Below are positions 37,304-51,869 of a stretch of DNA of 61,599 bases, one piece after another (the stretch's first letter is position 1; every line of letters starts with the position of its first letter). This DNA comes from Octopus bimaculoides (taxonomy: Eukaryota). The notes under the pieces were generated by a model. It saw only the letters and a program-made list of their open reading frames with translations, did no database searches and was not told the DNA's origin. The DNA lies in the NCBI RefSeq assembly GCF_001194135.2, contig NC_068982.1, positions 133,334,587 to 133,396,185 on the forward strand, given 5' to 3'. Both the position numbers and the translations under genes were made by a program.

Positions 37304-40300
37304 GCTTGTTCAATGCTTCAAAAACAAACATGTGTGTTTTCATATGATGTAATGTATGTATAATTTTCTTCTCTCCTTTTCCAACTGGGGTAACCATATA
37401 TCTCAACAGGAAGGCACCTATATCTGTTCCTCTATCATAATTTAAACTCATCTCACACAAAACCACTCCTCAATATTACACCTTTCTCAGTTGAGGTTTT
37501 TTGTCTTGTGAGTTATTTGGTGACCTCACTAGTGTCAATGCCACATAAAAAAAACACCTAATACACTCAGTGAAATGGTTGGCATTAAGAAAGGCACACA
37601 GTTTCAAAAACCATGCAAAAGCAGGCATTGGAGCTTAGCAGGGTCCTCTAGCACATCAGCTCTTGTCAAACTGCCCAACCCATGCCAGCATGGAAAATAG
37701 ATATTAAATGGAGATGACGATGATGACTAAATCTCATTTTTACATGAAGAGGTGACATTTCAAACTAAGAAAACTGCTTATTAAATTGAAAAAAGTGGAC
37801 AGTTAGAGGTGAAACTTTTCCAAAAATGCTCTCATTGAAGTTTAGCATGCACATTACTAAACTTCATGTTTATTTCAGCACATATGTCCACTAGACAAAA
37901 TAACTAGTAAAAGAGAAGGAAGAGGGTCAAATGCAACAACAAAGGAGAAAGAATAAAAAAGATGGATATGTTATCACAAGGAGAGATTGGTTATAATATT
38001 AAATTGAACCATCTGATAAATGCAAAATAATGGATGGTGGTGATACTAGATTTTCATATGTCTGTCTATTACCTTCTTTTGATGTCATTATAGTTGTACT
38101 CCTATTTTGATGTTATTTATAGACTACAAGTTATTAATACATACAGAAAAAGAATAACTGAACATATTATCAGGTGAGATGCACTGCTGTCACGTCATAA
38201 TTCTAGTTTGTTAATTATCAATTGCATGCACTCAAGATTCATAAAGAAATGGTTAAATATCAACATTCCACTCAAACATAGAAAAAAAAAGTCTCCTCAG
38301 CATTCTTTCAAAAAGAAACTTTCTCAAAACAGGTGCAGACACGGCTATGAGGTTAAGGAGCTCATTTTGCAAATGATGTGGTTTGGGGTTCAGTCCCACT
38401 GTGCAACACCTTGGGCAAGTGTCTTCCACTATAACTTCAGGCCAAGTAATGCCTTGTAAGTGAATTTAATAGATGGAAACTCTGTGGAACTGATAGTGTG
38501 TATGTGTATGTCTCTCTCTCCCCCTCTCTCTCTTACCACCAGTACTGTTTGAAAACAGTCCATTTTTACCATTATTGCATGGATCAGACAGTATTTGTTT
38601 AGGCAGGTTTCCTACATTTGGCTGCCCTTCTGTCACCTGTTTCCAAGCAGGATAATATTCCCTGGTGACTGGACAGATTTTCACAGAAGATATGAAACAT
38701 ACAACATCATTTGTATGATGGTGCCACTCATTTGAAATTTATCATGTAAAGTCAAGACAAAGACACCCATGTATATGCGTGTGTGTGTGTGTATGCATAT
38801 ACAAGATCCACTCACAAAACTGTAGTTAGCCTGAGACTATAGTGGAAGATACGTGCCACAAAGTGGTGTTAAACCTGAAACCAAACGGTTACAAAACAAA
38901 CTTCTTAACCAACCAGATTTCTCAGAAAGATTACTAGCTATGAGGTCATTATTTTAATTTCTATTAATCAAAGTGCTCTAATTAGTTTTCCTATACATGT
39001 GTTCTGGTTAAAATTGATTTACAACTTTCAACCTATGTCCACCAATCTGCAACCTTTCTTATTTTTCTTCTTTATGAACTTTTGATAGTGATATTTCTCA
39101 AATAACATGTGTAGACTGTCTGAATACAAGAGTATATTTAATCAATTTCTGTTTTATTCCAATGTCATAGAATTTATCAAATGTTTGATAGTTGTTGTTC
39201 AGTTGTAATTATTCTTCCTAAATATTTTTAAAGATAGGTAAGTTTAGAGATATATATAAATATATCAAACATATAAAGTCACAACTGAAACACGCTAGTC
39301 AGGAGGCATTTCCTTATTAACTTGTTTTACAAGTGAACAATCTTTTAATAAGATTTATACCCACAAAAACACTTTCTAACATCATAAAATTTTCAATATA
39401 ACCTGATATTTTCCTTTTTCAATTTGAATTTATATTCAGCCTGTTCAAACAAATTTGTCAAATTTCAACTTGTATTTATGTATAAAACAAACATTAGTCT
39501 GTTTTCAGAGATTAAGAAATTCTGTAACACTACAAATAACAAATACTGATATAAAAAAACATCTCAAAAGGATGACATAAATTAAAAGCTCGTAACACAC
39601 ATAGCACATCCAAAAAATCTACCACATACATATGTGCACACATGCCAACATCAGAGATTCTTTTGGAAAATTAAAGAATTATTTTTGAGCAAATAAAAAC
39701 AGACAGGAATTTACTCTTTTCACCAAATCATCAATTGTGTATTCCTTAATACTGTAGCCAAAACTGAAAAGAGTATCCTACAAAGAAGTATTTATCAATT
39801 TTGGTTATGACCTGAAAAATACCTAATCTTCCATACTGAGAAAGTACACTGATCATCTGCTCTGGATTCTGGCAATTCCCTCATATATATGAGACTATTT
39901 TCGAGTGCTATTCTCAATGGATCTGCATACCATTTACATGTGAAATGGTTCTGATCTTTGTATCTACTATCATATATTCTACCTCCAAAAATAGCTCCAT
40001 TTAACAGTTAAGTTGAACCAACTAGCATATTTTGCTAATAAATTTCATTTACTGACCAATTATATAAAAAAAGAATTTTTAATCTATATTTTGAATCTAC
40101 AAAGACCAGGCATTCCATTGAAGTACTAAGGATTTCTGTACAACTAGAAAAGCATACAAGAAAACATTTAGGAAAAGTTAATTACATACTATTAATGTAT
40201 ATCGTATTGAAACAGAAAGTTACTACTAACAGATAAAATATAGTTATATTCAAATATGCTTAAACATGTCACAGGTATAAGGAAGACTGTAACTCAGTTA

Positions 40301-43300
40301 AAAATTTGAAACATTACAGTTCCAAATTAGATAAACTGGATATCATTCTATAAGATACAGTTGAGCACAAGCATACCAAGTTTAATTGTCATACTATGAA
40401 AGTTTGAAATATTTCACTTATACACATTGCTGAAAATTACATTTTCAAAAGTCTGTTGCTCAAATGCACAATAAACTACACATTTGACTTATTGGGAAAC
40501 TGAAAAAAAAAACATGTGAGAAGTTCAATACCTAGTGTATTAGTCAATTTATGTACATAGATTTTGAAATGCAGGAGTTTAAAACCACAAACATTTTTTT
40601 TAGCCAAAATGCATTTCATGCCAGATTTTGCTACAATGTGAAAGGAATTTAAACCAATGCTAAAGCCAATATACGTATATTTTTCACCAAACGAACTCTA
40701 TCACTAACATCATTTAAATGCAACCATCTTTGTACATATTCCATGTATCTGAAATTCTCGTGTGCTATACCTAATAAGGTTTAGTTGAAGTAAAGAAACC
40801 ACACCCAGGGCATGCAATTACCAATGGATTAGGACTACAGCAAAAAGGAATGAAGGGTAAAGAAAAAGGCAGATATGTTTTAAAAAGCATTAATAAGAAG
40901 AAAGAAAATTATATTGTTTTAATATTTTAAATGTTAGAAACCATTCCTCTTTTTTTATTAGTAAGAGATGGAAAAGTAAAAAATATTAAATATTTTTATT
41001 TTAGCATTCTTGTAATGAAAACTTTGATCTCTATTTAAAATAAAACAGCCTCAGCACGCTATTAAAAGGTAGCAATGAATATTCATAATAAAAGTATACT
41101 TTAGTTTAAGTGGCAGATACTGAAATATTATCTAACATATTTATTTCTAAGCTTCCACAGTAAAGTAAGAAATTCAAATTTAAACCAGTTATTTAATGTA
41201 TCAAGTTACATTAAAGTAAACATGAAATAGAAATGACTCAAGAAACTTTTCAAGTCTAAACTTTAGTTTAACATCAGGAATTTTTATTATTATTAATGAG
41301 TCCACCAATAAGAAAATGATAGTCTATTTCTATACAACCATTTGCCACATTTAAATAAGCATGTGTATGCACACATGACCTATCAGCAGCACTTTTGCAC
41401 CTCCAGAAAGGTGAATGGAATATGTCCAAAATGCCACATTGCGCTCCATACAAACAAACATTGCACAAAAAATATTTGAGATATCAATTGCTGGACCTAG
41501 AAATAATGATGTTCCTATGAATTCAGATAGCTTCCTTTGTACTACAGTCTTGCTCAACAAGGTTTCACTAGTTGATAAAGTTTAGAAGACTTGACAAATC
41601 CTCTGTATCCTATAAGATAAGGGACCCCAACCACCAATCCATTGACCAGCATTGAAGCCATGGATCATTAGGTACCAGGCTGCACAGAAAGAATAAATTA
41701 TATATCTATTGTTTTGTTATGCATATGATCCCCTGATCCATAGAAACATTGTCTTGCATGAAACAAACCCAAGTTAGGAACTGTTTCAGTAAAAAAATGT
41801 AATAATCAATAATCCCTCACCTTCTTTATTAAATTTATAATCTGCTCAACACATTCCATAATTTTTTATGTGCTTTCACTCACATTGAAAACTAAGCAGA
41901 TATTCAAGTTTTCTTGAATTGACTGAATCAGATCAATGAGATGAACATGCAGCAATAATTATCAAGTTAAAAATTATGAACTAAAGAATGGCCCAATTAA
42001 ACAAGAGTTTTCAGTTTAATTCAGCACAGTATATCACCTATCTATGTCCTGCCTCTCAGAAATTGATTGACTATTAGTGCTGGTCAAAGCATATTAGATG
42101 AAGTAGGGCTGTGAATTGAGTGAAAGAGAAAGACAAGGATGAAAACACAATAGAGCAAGGAGCTTTTGAAGTTCAATGCCCAGAGTAATAGCAGAAGAAA
42201 TGTGGCTGCCTAACATGACAAATCAATGTCTTTCAGCCAGAAATATACAAGATTTAAGAGCTGAATGAAATATTCATGAACAGGTCTTGAAACTATAAAA
42301 CCAAGACGAGCTAAGAAGGAAGCCACAATGTGATCACTTAAAATGTTAGAAATAGTGGCTAAATCACCCTCATATCACACCCTACTCCCTTAAAAAAATA
42401 ATTTTACCAATAAACATATTTTTAAACAGTTTAAGCCATTTTTCTATTATCAAGGAATGTATGAGAATGGAAGTATTAACTTTAAATCTCCATGTTTTCC
42501 TTAATGCTAATACTACTTTTTGAATAAGTTCATTAAGGTAGGAAAATAATGAGTGTTATGTGTTGTGTATATAAATTTCCGAGATTAATTATCATGAGTA
42601 CTGATGGAAACATTTTTGAATACCAAATGTTAGTAATACTTTATTATGCATATGATCAAGTATGGTGCCTGATGACAACAGAGACTGAACAATTCAAAAT
42701 TGCAGATATTTACTAAAACATAACACAACAGATGAATTTATGGACCTTATGGTTTCTCTGTCAACACTGAGTCTTTCTTAAAAATCACAACACAATGAAC
42801 ATAGCAACATTTAATCAGATATCTTTTTTGTCAATAGGAAACATCTGGCTTTATAATCATGCCATTTTAAACAATAACCAAGAACAATGGAAGAGATTAG
42901 TAAAAAATAAACAAAAAAAAGTTGAGTAATTTATACACTAAAGGAGAGATAAAGCAAAATCATGGAAACCATTGCATTTAGTATTTGTACTAAACAGACA
43001 GTTTAAACAGACAAAAAGCTTTATCTTTATACTCTGCTATGTTACACCTTATAAATTATATTCAAAGCTACCTTGTATATTCTCTGCATAATCAAATTTA
43101 CAGGTGAATTTATTCTAGAACAAAAATCCTCCCAACTCCAAAGCACGAATCTAAAAAATACAGATCCTTAAATTATAAGGGTTTTCTACTTTACTTAAAA
43201 TTCATTCAACCAATCTCTCCAATTTTTGTTAATTTACCAATTTGAATCAAGCTTAAAATGCTTACACATGATTATATGTTCCAAGGTACACTTCTCTGTC

Positions 43301-43527
43301 AATAGTTTAAATATATCCCTATTAAGTAAAAAATGTTCCTAAAAGAAAAATAAAATTCTTAAAAATACTTAATATTTTACTTTACCATCCACTGTAAGGA
43401 ATTTATGTAAACACTTGTTTAGTAATAATACAAAATAAAAGAAAAATCTATTAAGCAGCCGGGGGTTAAAAAGTTATTCAAACAGCCACCTGAACTTGCC
43501 AGCATTCATAGTAACATTAACACTCAC

Positions 43528-43893
43528 CTGGTTGATGCACTCCAGTATTAGGTGGGAATGTTTGGGGAGCTGGATATCTCATTGTTGGAGTCATCTGCTG
43601 GCCTGGTTGAAGAGGACCAACATTAACTGTTCGCTGTGCTTGTGGGTTTACATGATACTGTGGGTGGCCAGCAGCATTGCTAGCAGGTATTTGCTGATTA
43701 AGAGAAAGACCTGGTGCTGGGATGGGTGAGGGAGTAGGTTGCTGATGTGAAAGTTGCTGGCGCTGTTGTAAATGATATTGGTTGCTTGCCGAAGAACTAA
43801 TACTTGATACACTGTCTGGGCTTCCGGGACGATCCGGAGCAGTGATGGCAGTTGGCACTGGTGTCTGAGCAGAGCTTTCATTTGGTGTGGGTC
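43528..43893 (-). CDS. TFG: TFG coding exon 5 (366 nt, GPTPNESSAQTPVPTAITAPDRPGSPDSVSSISSSASNQY...GVHQP)
   Basis: DRPGSPDSVSS corresponds to TFG DRSGTPDSIASS. Acceptor atatag|GA, donor CCAG|gtgagt, open frame, phase 1-1. Confidence 0.93.
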
Positions 43894-46504
43894 CTATATG
43901 ATGGACAGGGAAACATAATCGAATCTAATGATATACTTAGCAGCAGCAGCAACAGCTGCATGTAGCCTTAGAAAGACTATAGCTTATGTTGCAAGTAAAC
44001 CCCAAAAGTAACTTATGCATAGATAAAGAGAACTGTACAGAACATTGATTTATTTTCTTTTTAATCTGAAATCTTCTGTAAGATCTAATGAATTCTTTTT
44101 AGATAATCCATTAGATTAATTGAAATTTTGAATTTTAATAATTAAATGTTAAAATTAGCACCAAGATAGATATTGAAAATGTTATAAATACCCAAATAGC
44201 TACAGATACAAAGAGAGGCTGAGAAGAATCTTAAATAATGTTTAAACTAGAACTTAAAATAATCCTACATATATTAAAAAAAAAAAAAGAAAAAAAAAAG
44301 GTTTCAAATGATTCTTTATAATGTTCTTTTCAGTGAGCCTCAACTGTATAATAATCTGTCTAATTTAGTCTAAAAACATGTAACAAATATATACAACTAA
44401 GTCAGATTGGATTAATATTTAAATAAAATTCAAAATGTCGTCTGTCAAGAAGCAATTATCAATTATTATTCTATTCAGTGCAGTTTATTACACATATACA
44501 TAAGCACATATACAACATACACACACCACGAACACTCAAGAAATGTTTGGCTCACAATACTCTACAAAACTGACCATTGAAATATTTCAAGTAAAGCTTT
44601 CTTTTTTTTTCTTTTCTTCTCATGATAAAAATGGAGAAAAAATGTAACATATTCCTTCTCATCTAGCAAGAGAATGGAACACAATAAAAGAAAAGAACAA
44701 CTTATAAAAATAAATTATAAACCACCCACTTAGGCTAAGCAGGTGTCTTAATAGTTAAGTACTATCTCAGAAAATACATGGATAACTGCCAAACAGTTGC
44801 AGTTTCAAACCTAGTCAGGGAAGGATTTCAAGGAAAAAATTTCAATAAAAAAATTAAATACCAAAAGTACAGAATGATGGTTGGGATAGAACTTAACTTG
44901 GAATATGGAATCTTGAGTCATCATCAAGCATAACTGGCTACTTTTACCACCTGGATATGCTCATCAGAATTGACTCAGGTGAGAGACTAACAGACAGTAA
45001 CATTGCATTACAAGTTAAAATTGGTTTCTACAATGGCTTTACTACATTCAGTGGTTCACAGCAAGAGTGCAGCAGTGCATCTTGAAACTAACCTCTATAC
45101 AAATGTAATTGTAATTTCTTCCTTTACTGGAGGAATAAACCATATGGATTTGCTAAGGATGTAAATTTAGAAAAAAAAATGCATTTTTATATCTATTATA
45201 ATTTATTGTATGTACACATATACATACTATATACATACACACAAAGTGAGTACAAAATATTTTTAAGCTTCTAAATAATGAAATAAAAAATAATTTACTA
45301 AAATTATCTTCATTCAAATGCATGGATATCCAGGTGAGAAATTTGTTATTGATAGCATCTATCTTAGTAGTAACATATACACACCTGTTTCTAACTAAGC
45401 GAAAAGTGCTACAGTTGTTAGATTAGATAAATATCCAATCTTTAACCAACATAATACATAAACAATAGCTTGTTTGTACATCAGCCCTAAGAAATATTTT
45501 AATTCCAAGTAATATAAAACAGCTAATACAAAACAAAAAGTATTGATTAAGCAGAAACTAAATACTTATAAATATGGTTTATAGCTCACTGAACTGATTT
45601 CAATGTATTGTTCACATTTATTTTATCAAATCCAAATGAAAGAAAAGCACAGTTTGGCCCTAGTGATATTTCAATTCAGATCAATGAGGGAAACACTGAA
45701 CTTTGGATATCAAAAGGCATCCAAGTTGGTTTTCAACATCTCATGCCATCTCCATAATCCTATATGCTATAAAAACAATTTGTCTTGTATACATCCATCC
45801 AACCATCCATTTCAGCATGCTCTACTCCTGGAAAGACTGTTGAGGTAGAATCTTCAGGTAATTCATTCATCAGATTCTATCAAAAGTAACAGGTCACTTT
45901 CCTACTGGATTCCCAAGCATCACCAAGACTATGGATATTATCCAACCATCTCACTCATGGTCTATTCCTAGCTCTCCTGCCAGCTGGCTTGACTAGAAGA
46001 ATCTGTCTTGTATACATCAATTAACAATATTCATTTAATTATGCTATAGACATTCAGAATTACTTCATCCCTTTGCTGCATATGATATGTTAGATGTTCC
46101 CGAGTGGATTTCATCATAATAAATCATTATTATTGAAATCAAAAATAGTTTTAGACAAACTTCAGATTCTGTTTTCATTTCACCAAAGTTTAAGAACTTT
46201 GAAGTAGAACAAATACACAGAAATATAAGCAGCAGGGAAACCGGCATAAATACAATTATATCATTGTAGACTCTTGCCAAGAAGATAACTCCTTTCATTT
46301 AAACAACTGAATTACTAATTTTAATTAGAAAGTATAAATGAATCTATTAGATGAATAAAATAGCTAGGAACCTAAAGTTAAATTTCACTTAATTTTAATT
46401 CAGGGTATTTTAAGAATATAAATTATATGTCTAATTATATGTCTATTAATTGTGACCATAATTTTTTTGGGACTATTAATCTCATCTTTAGAGATATAAA
46501 ATGT

Positions 46505-46725
46505 TTAACCCTTTAGCTTTTAAACCAGCTACATCAAACCCAAATATTCTACAGGCTTTATGTTTAAACCAGCCAGATCTAGCCTGTCATACCTACCCTA
46601 CAATGTTATTTTAAAAAGATATTTTCACATCATCAAAATCTCAAAGCTACATGATAATGCATGATTAATTCAAAATAATATGAATAAATAAGTACTACAT
46701 TTGACAAAGTAATCTGAATGCTACA
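46505..46725. mobile_element. Second copy of the TTAA MITE (right end lost)
   Basis: Begins ttaaccctttagc and is colinear with 19859-20087 (caaatattctac...ccagatc...cattctaaaa...gataatg). Confidence 0.7.
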
Positions 46726-46807
46726 CTGTTTTGATTGGTTCAATCTGTGGTCATCATTAGCTGTATTCCTGTATGTATACATATAACTGAACTGGATTCA
46801 AACAAAC

Positions 46808-46913
46808 AACCTTTATTTCTAAACTAAAGGTAGTTTAACATTTTTATCCACTAGGGCAAATGTAGGTTTCAGTGGATAGGAATGTTACTAGCCTTAGTTT
46901 AGAAATAAAGGTT
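46808..46913. repeat. Inverted repeat with ~44-bp arms and 18-nt spacer
   Basis: aacctttatttctaaactaa pairs perfectly with ttagtttagaaataaaggtt; the inner arms are imperfect. Confidence 0.85.
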
Positions 46914-48120
46914 CCTAGTTCAAATACATTTCAGTAACAGCAAACATAGCATTGATGAAAATATCAAAAACAGTTTTGTCTCTAAAGATAAGGTTAAAAG
47001 AACAATTCAAATCACATAAATTATATTGTTTTATACTAAGTCTTAAATAAATATACATACATATAGTAAGAGATAGAGATCATATATAATTATCATAAAA
47101 ATTTGGCCTTATTCCCTTCCAGAGTCTAAAACATTGAAACAAAAGCTATGTCTGAATTAAATATATATATATATTAATATACTTGCTTTGTATAATATAT
47201 ACAAGATTCCTCCATTCTATTCTTACACAGATATTGTTGTCATAACTATAGTTAATCTTTAACTATTTACTAAGCTCATTTAATGAAAAATAACTCATTT
47301 TTAAATGTGTTGAGATATGATTTGTAAAGCTTGTGTGTATCTGTTCTCTACATATATCAGTCCTAAGTTTGTTTGAGATTTTAAATTTCTAACCTAAGCC
47401 AAGCAATTTAGTTGCTTTAATCAGCTTAGTAAGACAGAATTCAAGTCCACATATATAATATGTTTATTTCATTCACTTTATAATGACCCACATTGAGCTG
47501 AATCATCATCATTTTACACCTGCTTTCCAAGCTGGCATGGGTTACTGCTCTCTTGGATAGGTTGGAAAGCCACATCTCAGTTGTAAGTTTCATTTTGGAT
47601 GCCTTTCCCAACACCAGCCAATTTACAGAGTGCATATTTTATGGCACCAGCAGAAGAGAGGCTGTCATGTCTTATTCCTCACTGGTTGATGGAATGTATC
47701 CTCAATATAAAAACAAACTTATGTCCTAAATGTAATATATAAGTATCTAAGTTTAAAATATCTGAGTTACCTCCATTCTGTTTTATTTCCTTCACACTGA
47801 CGTTGTGATAGCTCTATGTTTTAATTATTTATTGAGTGCTTTCATTGAAAAGTAGCTTAATTTTAGACAACTTGAAATATGTACTGTGGAGAACATGTGT
47901 ATTATATGTCCATATTTACATGAACATATATAGATATAACTCAAACTGTGCAGGTATTAAAAAAAAAATCAAATTGAGAAGGAAGGAAATCTTTCTAGAG
48001 AATGGAAAATATATGAACTGCTAAAGCAACAGAAATTGAAAAACGGAATAATAATAATAAAAAACGAATAGAACAAAAATCGAATAACAGGAAATTTACT
48101 AGAAATGAAATGAAACTTAC

Positions 48121-48279
48121 CATCAGTGGAAAGACCAAAAGACGACATGACTTTATTTTGTGTGTTTTCTTCCACAGCCCTTTGAGAAGACAGTGGATCG
48201 AATTCCTTGCTATGTGCCGCATTGGCTGGTAATCCACATTTGATACTGGTTTGTCGTTTGCCATTTGTTTCACCATTTC
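48121..48279 (-). CDS. TFG: TFG coding exon 4 (159 nt, RNGETNGKRQ...SKEFDPLSSQRAVEENTQNKVMSSFGLSTD)
   Basis: FDPL...NKVMSSFGL corresponds to TFG FDPL...KNVMSAFGL. ttttag|GA...GATG|gtaagt, phase 1-1. Confidence 0.93.
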
Positions 48280-48828
48280 CTAAAAGTAAAATGAAATCAT
48301 GAATATTGACACATACACACATGTAATCATCTTTACATTTATTTTTCAATACTAGCATAACGGTGCTAGTGCCATGTAAAAAACAGCTATGTCAGCGCCA
48401 CGTAGTAAGCACCCATGCCAGTACCACATAAAGCATCTATGCTAGTGTCCTGTATAAAGCATCCATGCCAGTGCCACATACAAAGCACTGGTGCCACGTT
48501 AAAAGCATGTGTTGGACAGTTTCACAAGAGGTGGCAAGCCAGAGGACTGCACCAAACTCTATTATCTGTTTTGGATTGGTTTCGACACTCAGATGTCCTT
48601 CCTAATGCCAACCATTGTACAGAGTGTATTGGGTGCTTTTCACATGGCACAAGCACTGGTGGAGTCACCAAGCAACCTACAAGACAAAGATTCCTCAGCT
48701 GGGAGTGGGAGTAGTATTGAGGGAGGTGGCATTGTGATGAGAGGTTCAAAGAATAATAGAGGAATAGAGTCTTGCTGCAGAAGAGAAACAAGGATACCCC
48801 AGTTGGAAAACAAGAGAGAGACTCAGAA

Positions 48829-48881
<53 letters not shown>

Positions 48882-48907
48882 TACATATATATACATGCAC
48901 GCACACA

Positions 48908-49131
48908 CACAAAGGAGGTGCTAAAAAGTTCCGGGCTTTGGGTAAAAGAAAATACAGGAGGATTAGTTAATTATGATTTTATTCAACATATTCTCCCCTC
49001 AGATACACAAGCCTATTGCAGCAACCCTTCAGTTTTTTTCTAAACCCTGTAAAAGACCTCGGAGGGTTGGGCCTCCAACCAGGCCTATCACAATACCCTT
49101 AAGGCCAGGAACTTTTCAGTACCCCCTCATA
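48908..49131. mobile_element. MITE of the mariner family at 26591
   Basis: Same TIRs, and shares the first ~170 bp with the left end of the full element (gggtaaaagaa...attatgattttattcaacatatt). No transposase. Confidence 0.88.
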
Positions 49132-49156
49132 TAGTGAAGTTGTTAATGATACTAAC

Positions 49157-49303
49157 TTAAAGAAGAGGTTTCTCCATCATCTGAGTACACTCCAGGAGGT
49201 TCTAGTACATCAAGAAGTTGATTAATTCTATTTCGTAAATCTTTGAGCTCCCGACGAATATATTTGACTTCATCACTTTCCAAATGTCGTGGTAATCCAT
49301 TTA
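49157..49303 (-). CDS. TFG: TFG coding exon 3 (147 nt, coiled coil [49 protein letters not shown])
   Basis: Matches TFG [37 protein letters not shown]. ttttag|TA...TTAA|gttagt, phase 1-1. Confidence 0.96.
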
Positions 49304-49864
49304 CTAAAAACATAAAATTAAACAATAATTAACAGTTTTTCAATTTCTCTCTCTCATATATATATATATACACACACACACACAAATATACATGCATACA
49401 TATATACATACACACGCATACATATTAAATCAGTTTCCTTTATATTTAAAAATCTTTGTAAAATTTTTTGTTTTCAAACAATGCTAATTACATTGTTAAT
49501 CCTAACAAGGTAAGGAAGGCAATCTAGTAGACCCACAACTTTTCTAGCATAAACAAAGGGCCAATCTCTTACAAATATTTTTTGTCTGCATGTGTAAATT
49601 TAAATTCATTTTTTTTTTTTAACAGAGTTCTAAGTAATAATAGCCATGTTATATTTTCTTTTTTATTTCCTTTATGATAGATGCCTCAGTGAGCACTATA
49701 CCCAAAGGCTTAATGGTGGTCTTATTGTACTTCATGACCATAAATTATTTCAGGAAATCACTTTGTTACTATGACAATAAATGAATTCAGGCCTTGGATG
49801 AGAAAAACACATTTAAAAAAAAAATTATTATCTCTTGACACCTGTCACATTGATCACAAGTTAT

Positions 49865-51410
49865 CTATTCTGTGATGCCTGGCATCTCACCGTCTTCCAG
49901 ACAACAGTTTCCTTTGCAGATACCAGCAGACCATCCATGCAGACAAAAGAATAAGGAGGAAAAACAAGGACACTATGACAAACCCGGACTGGCCCTGAAT
50001 AGGAATCATCAGGCATCAACAAACTGCAATGGAAATAGACATCCTCCCCATAAATCTTTGCTTGCAAAGCCAAGCCAAGGAGATTTTCACTGACAACAAT
50101 TCTAGACTTTGCTTCCACACCTGAAACGTCTCTAGTTCTGATAGTGACTCAGCTATTAGAGCAAGGTCATCAACATAGAGGAGCTCCCAAGGGTATCCTG
50201 TCTTGAATTCCTCTGTTATTGTCTGGAGGACTATGATGAATAAGAGGGGTCTGAGGACTGATCCTTGGTGGACCCCCACCCCTACCAGAAATTCTTCACT
50301 ATACTCGTTGCCAACCCTCACCTTATAGACAGCATCCCTGTACATGGCTTGTACAGCTCTCACTAACCACTCATCTATCCCTAGTTTCCGCACTGACCAC
50401 CAGATAAGGGACCGAGGTACCCTGTCAAAGGCTTTCTCCATGTCAACAAAAGCCAAGTAGAGGTTTATTTTTGGCTAGGTATTTCTCCTGCAGTTGTCTT
50501 ACCAGAAATATAGCATCAGTGGTGCTTTTCCCTGGCACAAACCCAAACTGCATTTTGTCTAAACTGACTCTTTCCTTAATTAGTTGGGTTACAACCCTCT
50601 CCATAACTTTCATTACTTGATCTAACAACTTGATACCTCTGTAATTATTCGTATCTAATGCATCATCTTTGTAACAGTTGACTATGATGTTGTTACACCA
50701 GTCATTGGGTATCACTCCTTCATGTATCACCAGATTGACTATACGTGTGACTAGACTATAGCCGACACCACCAGATATTTTAAGCATCTCTACAGTGATT
50801 CCTGATGGGTTGGGGGCTTTCCCTGTTTTTATACCCTTAATTGCTTTATCTACCAAGGTACAGTCAATCAGATAGCTGGTCCCTCTGTTGGGTTGACATT
50901 CAGTAGACTATCTTTCTCCCATTCATTCTCTTCATTTAGCATAGTGGCATCGCCAAGTCTCTCTCTTTGCAGCCTCATTAAATGCAAGTGAGCCATCATC
51001 CATGTGGACACATTTCTCTCCTATGGCATCACGATCCTCTCTCACACACTCTTTTGCAACATGAAACACTTCAAGTCTTTGGTCCTCATGATGCAGAACA
51101 TTGGCAAATATCTTCTCATCTGCTTCCCCTCTGGCTAAGTAAACCGGTCTCCTAGCTTCCCTTCTGGCAATCTGATACAATTCCCTGCTACCACCATTCT
51201 TCTAGTCCTTCCATGCCTGTTTTCTTTTCCCTAATGGCCCTGTCAACTACATTGTTCCACCACCACGTTACCTTGGATCAAGAGGGGACTTTGCACCATT
51301 CACAGATCTGGTCAGTAGCCCTCAACAGGTTGTCACATAGGAACCTCCAGTTGTCTTCCACATCATGTGATGCTATATCCCCCTCTATTTCGTCAAAAGC
51401 TTCGAGTGGT
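49865..51410 (-). mobile_element. RTE-clade LINE fragment (reverse transcriptase), frameshifted
   Basis: GKAPNPSGIT, NNYRGIKLL, QFGFVPGKSTTDAIF, FVDMEKAFDRVPR, GVHQGSVLRPLLF and YVDD motifs lie in three frames. Confidence 0.95.
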
Positions 51411-51536
51411 ATTTACTAAATCCTTCATTATTTTCAAAATTAAGTGAAATAAAAGCTGTGTATTTCAACAGAAATATAACAAAGGAATTGAGCAGAAAAC
51501 ATGCAAGATAAATTATACATAAGAAATACAAAATTA

Positions 51537-51668
<132 letters not shown>

Positions 51669-51869
51669 TTATGAAAGCAGAGAGTACTAAATACTTGTAA
51701 AGCTTATACACATGTTGAAGTTGAAAGCTCGTTCTGTTGCTACTCTAAATAACAGGATTATTTTAACAAAATTTCATGTAATTGGTATTTTTTATGTTAT
51801 CATTTGATGTCTACTTTTCTAAGCTTGCATGGATCAGATAGAATCTGTTGAGGAAGATTTTTTATGGCC

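Noticed and set aside
43496-43881. Alternative-frame and antisense ORFs over exon 5
   Set aside because: Shadows of a GC-richer Q/P-coding exon; the same holds for 32795-33004 and 6354-6605.
47995-48276. 93-aa ATG-initiated ORF overlapping exon 4
   Set aside because: It is a shifted frame of a real exon running into the intron; the homologous frame is the FDPL/VMSSFGL one.
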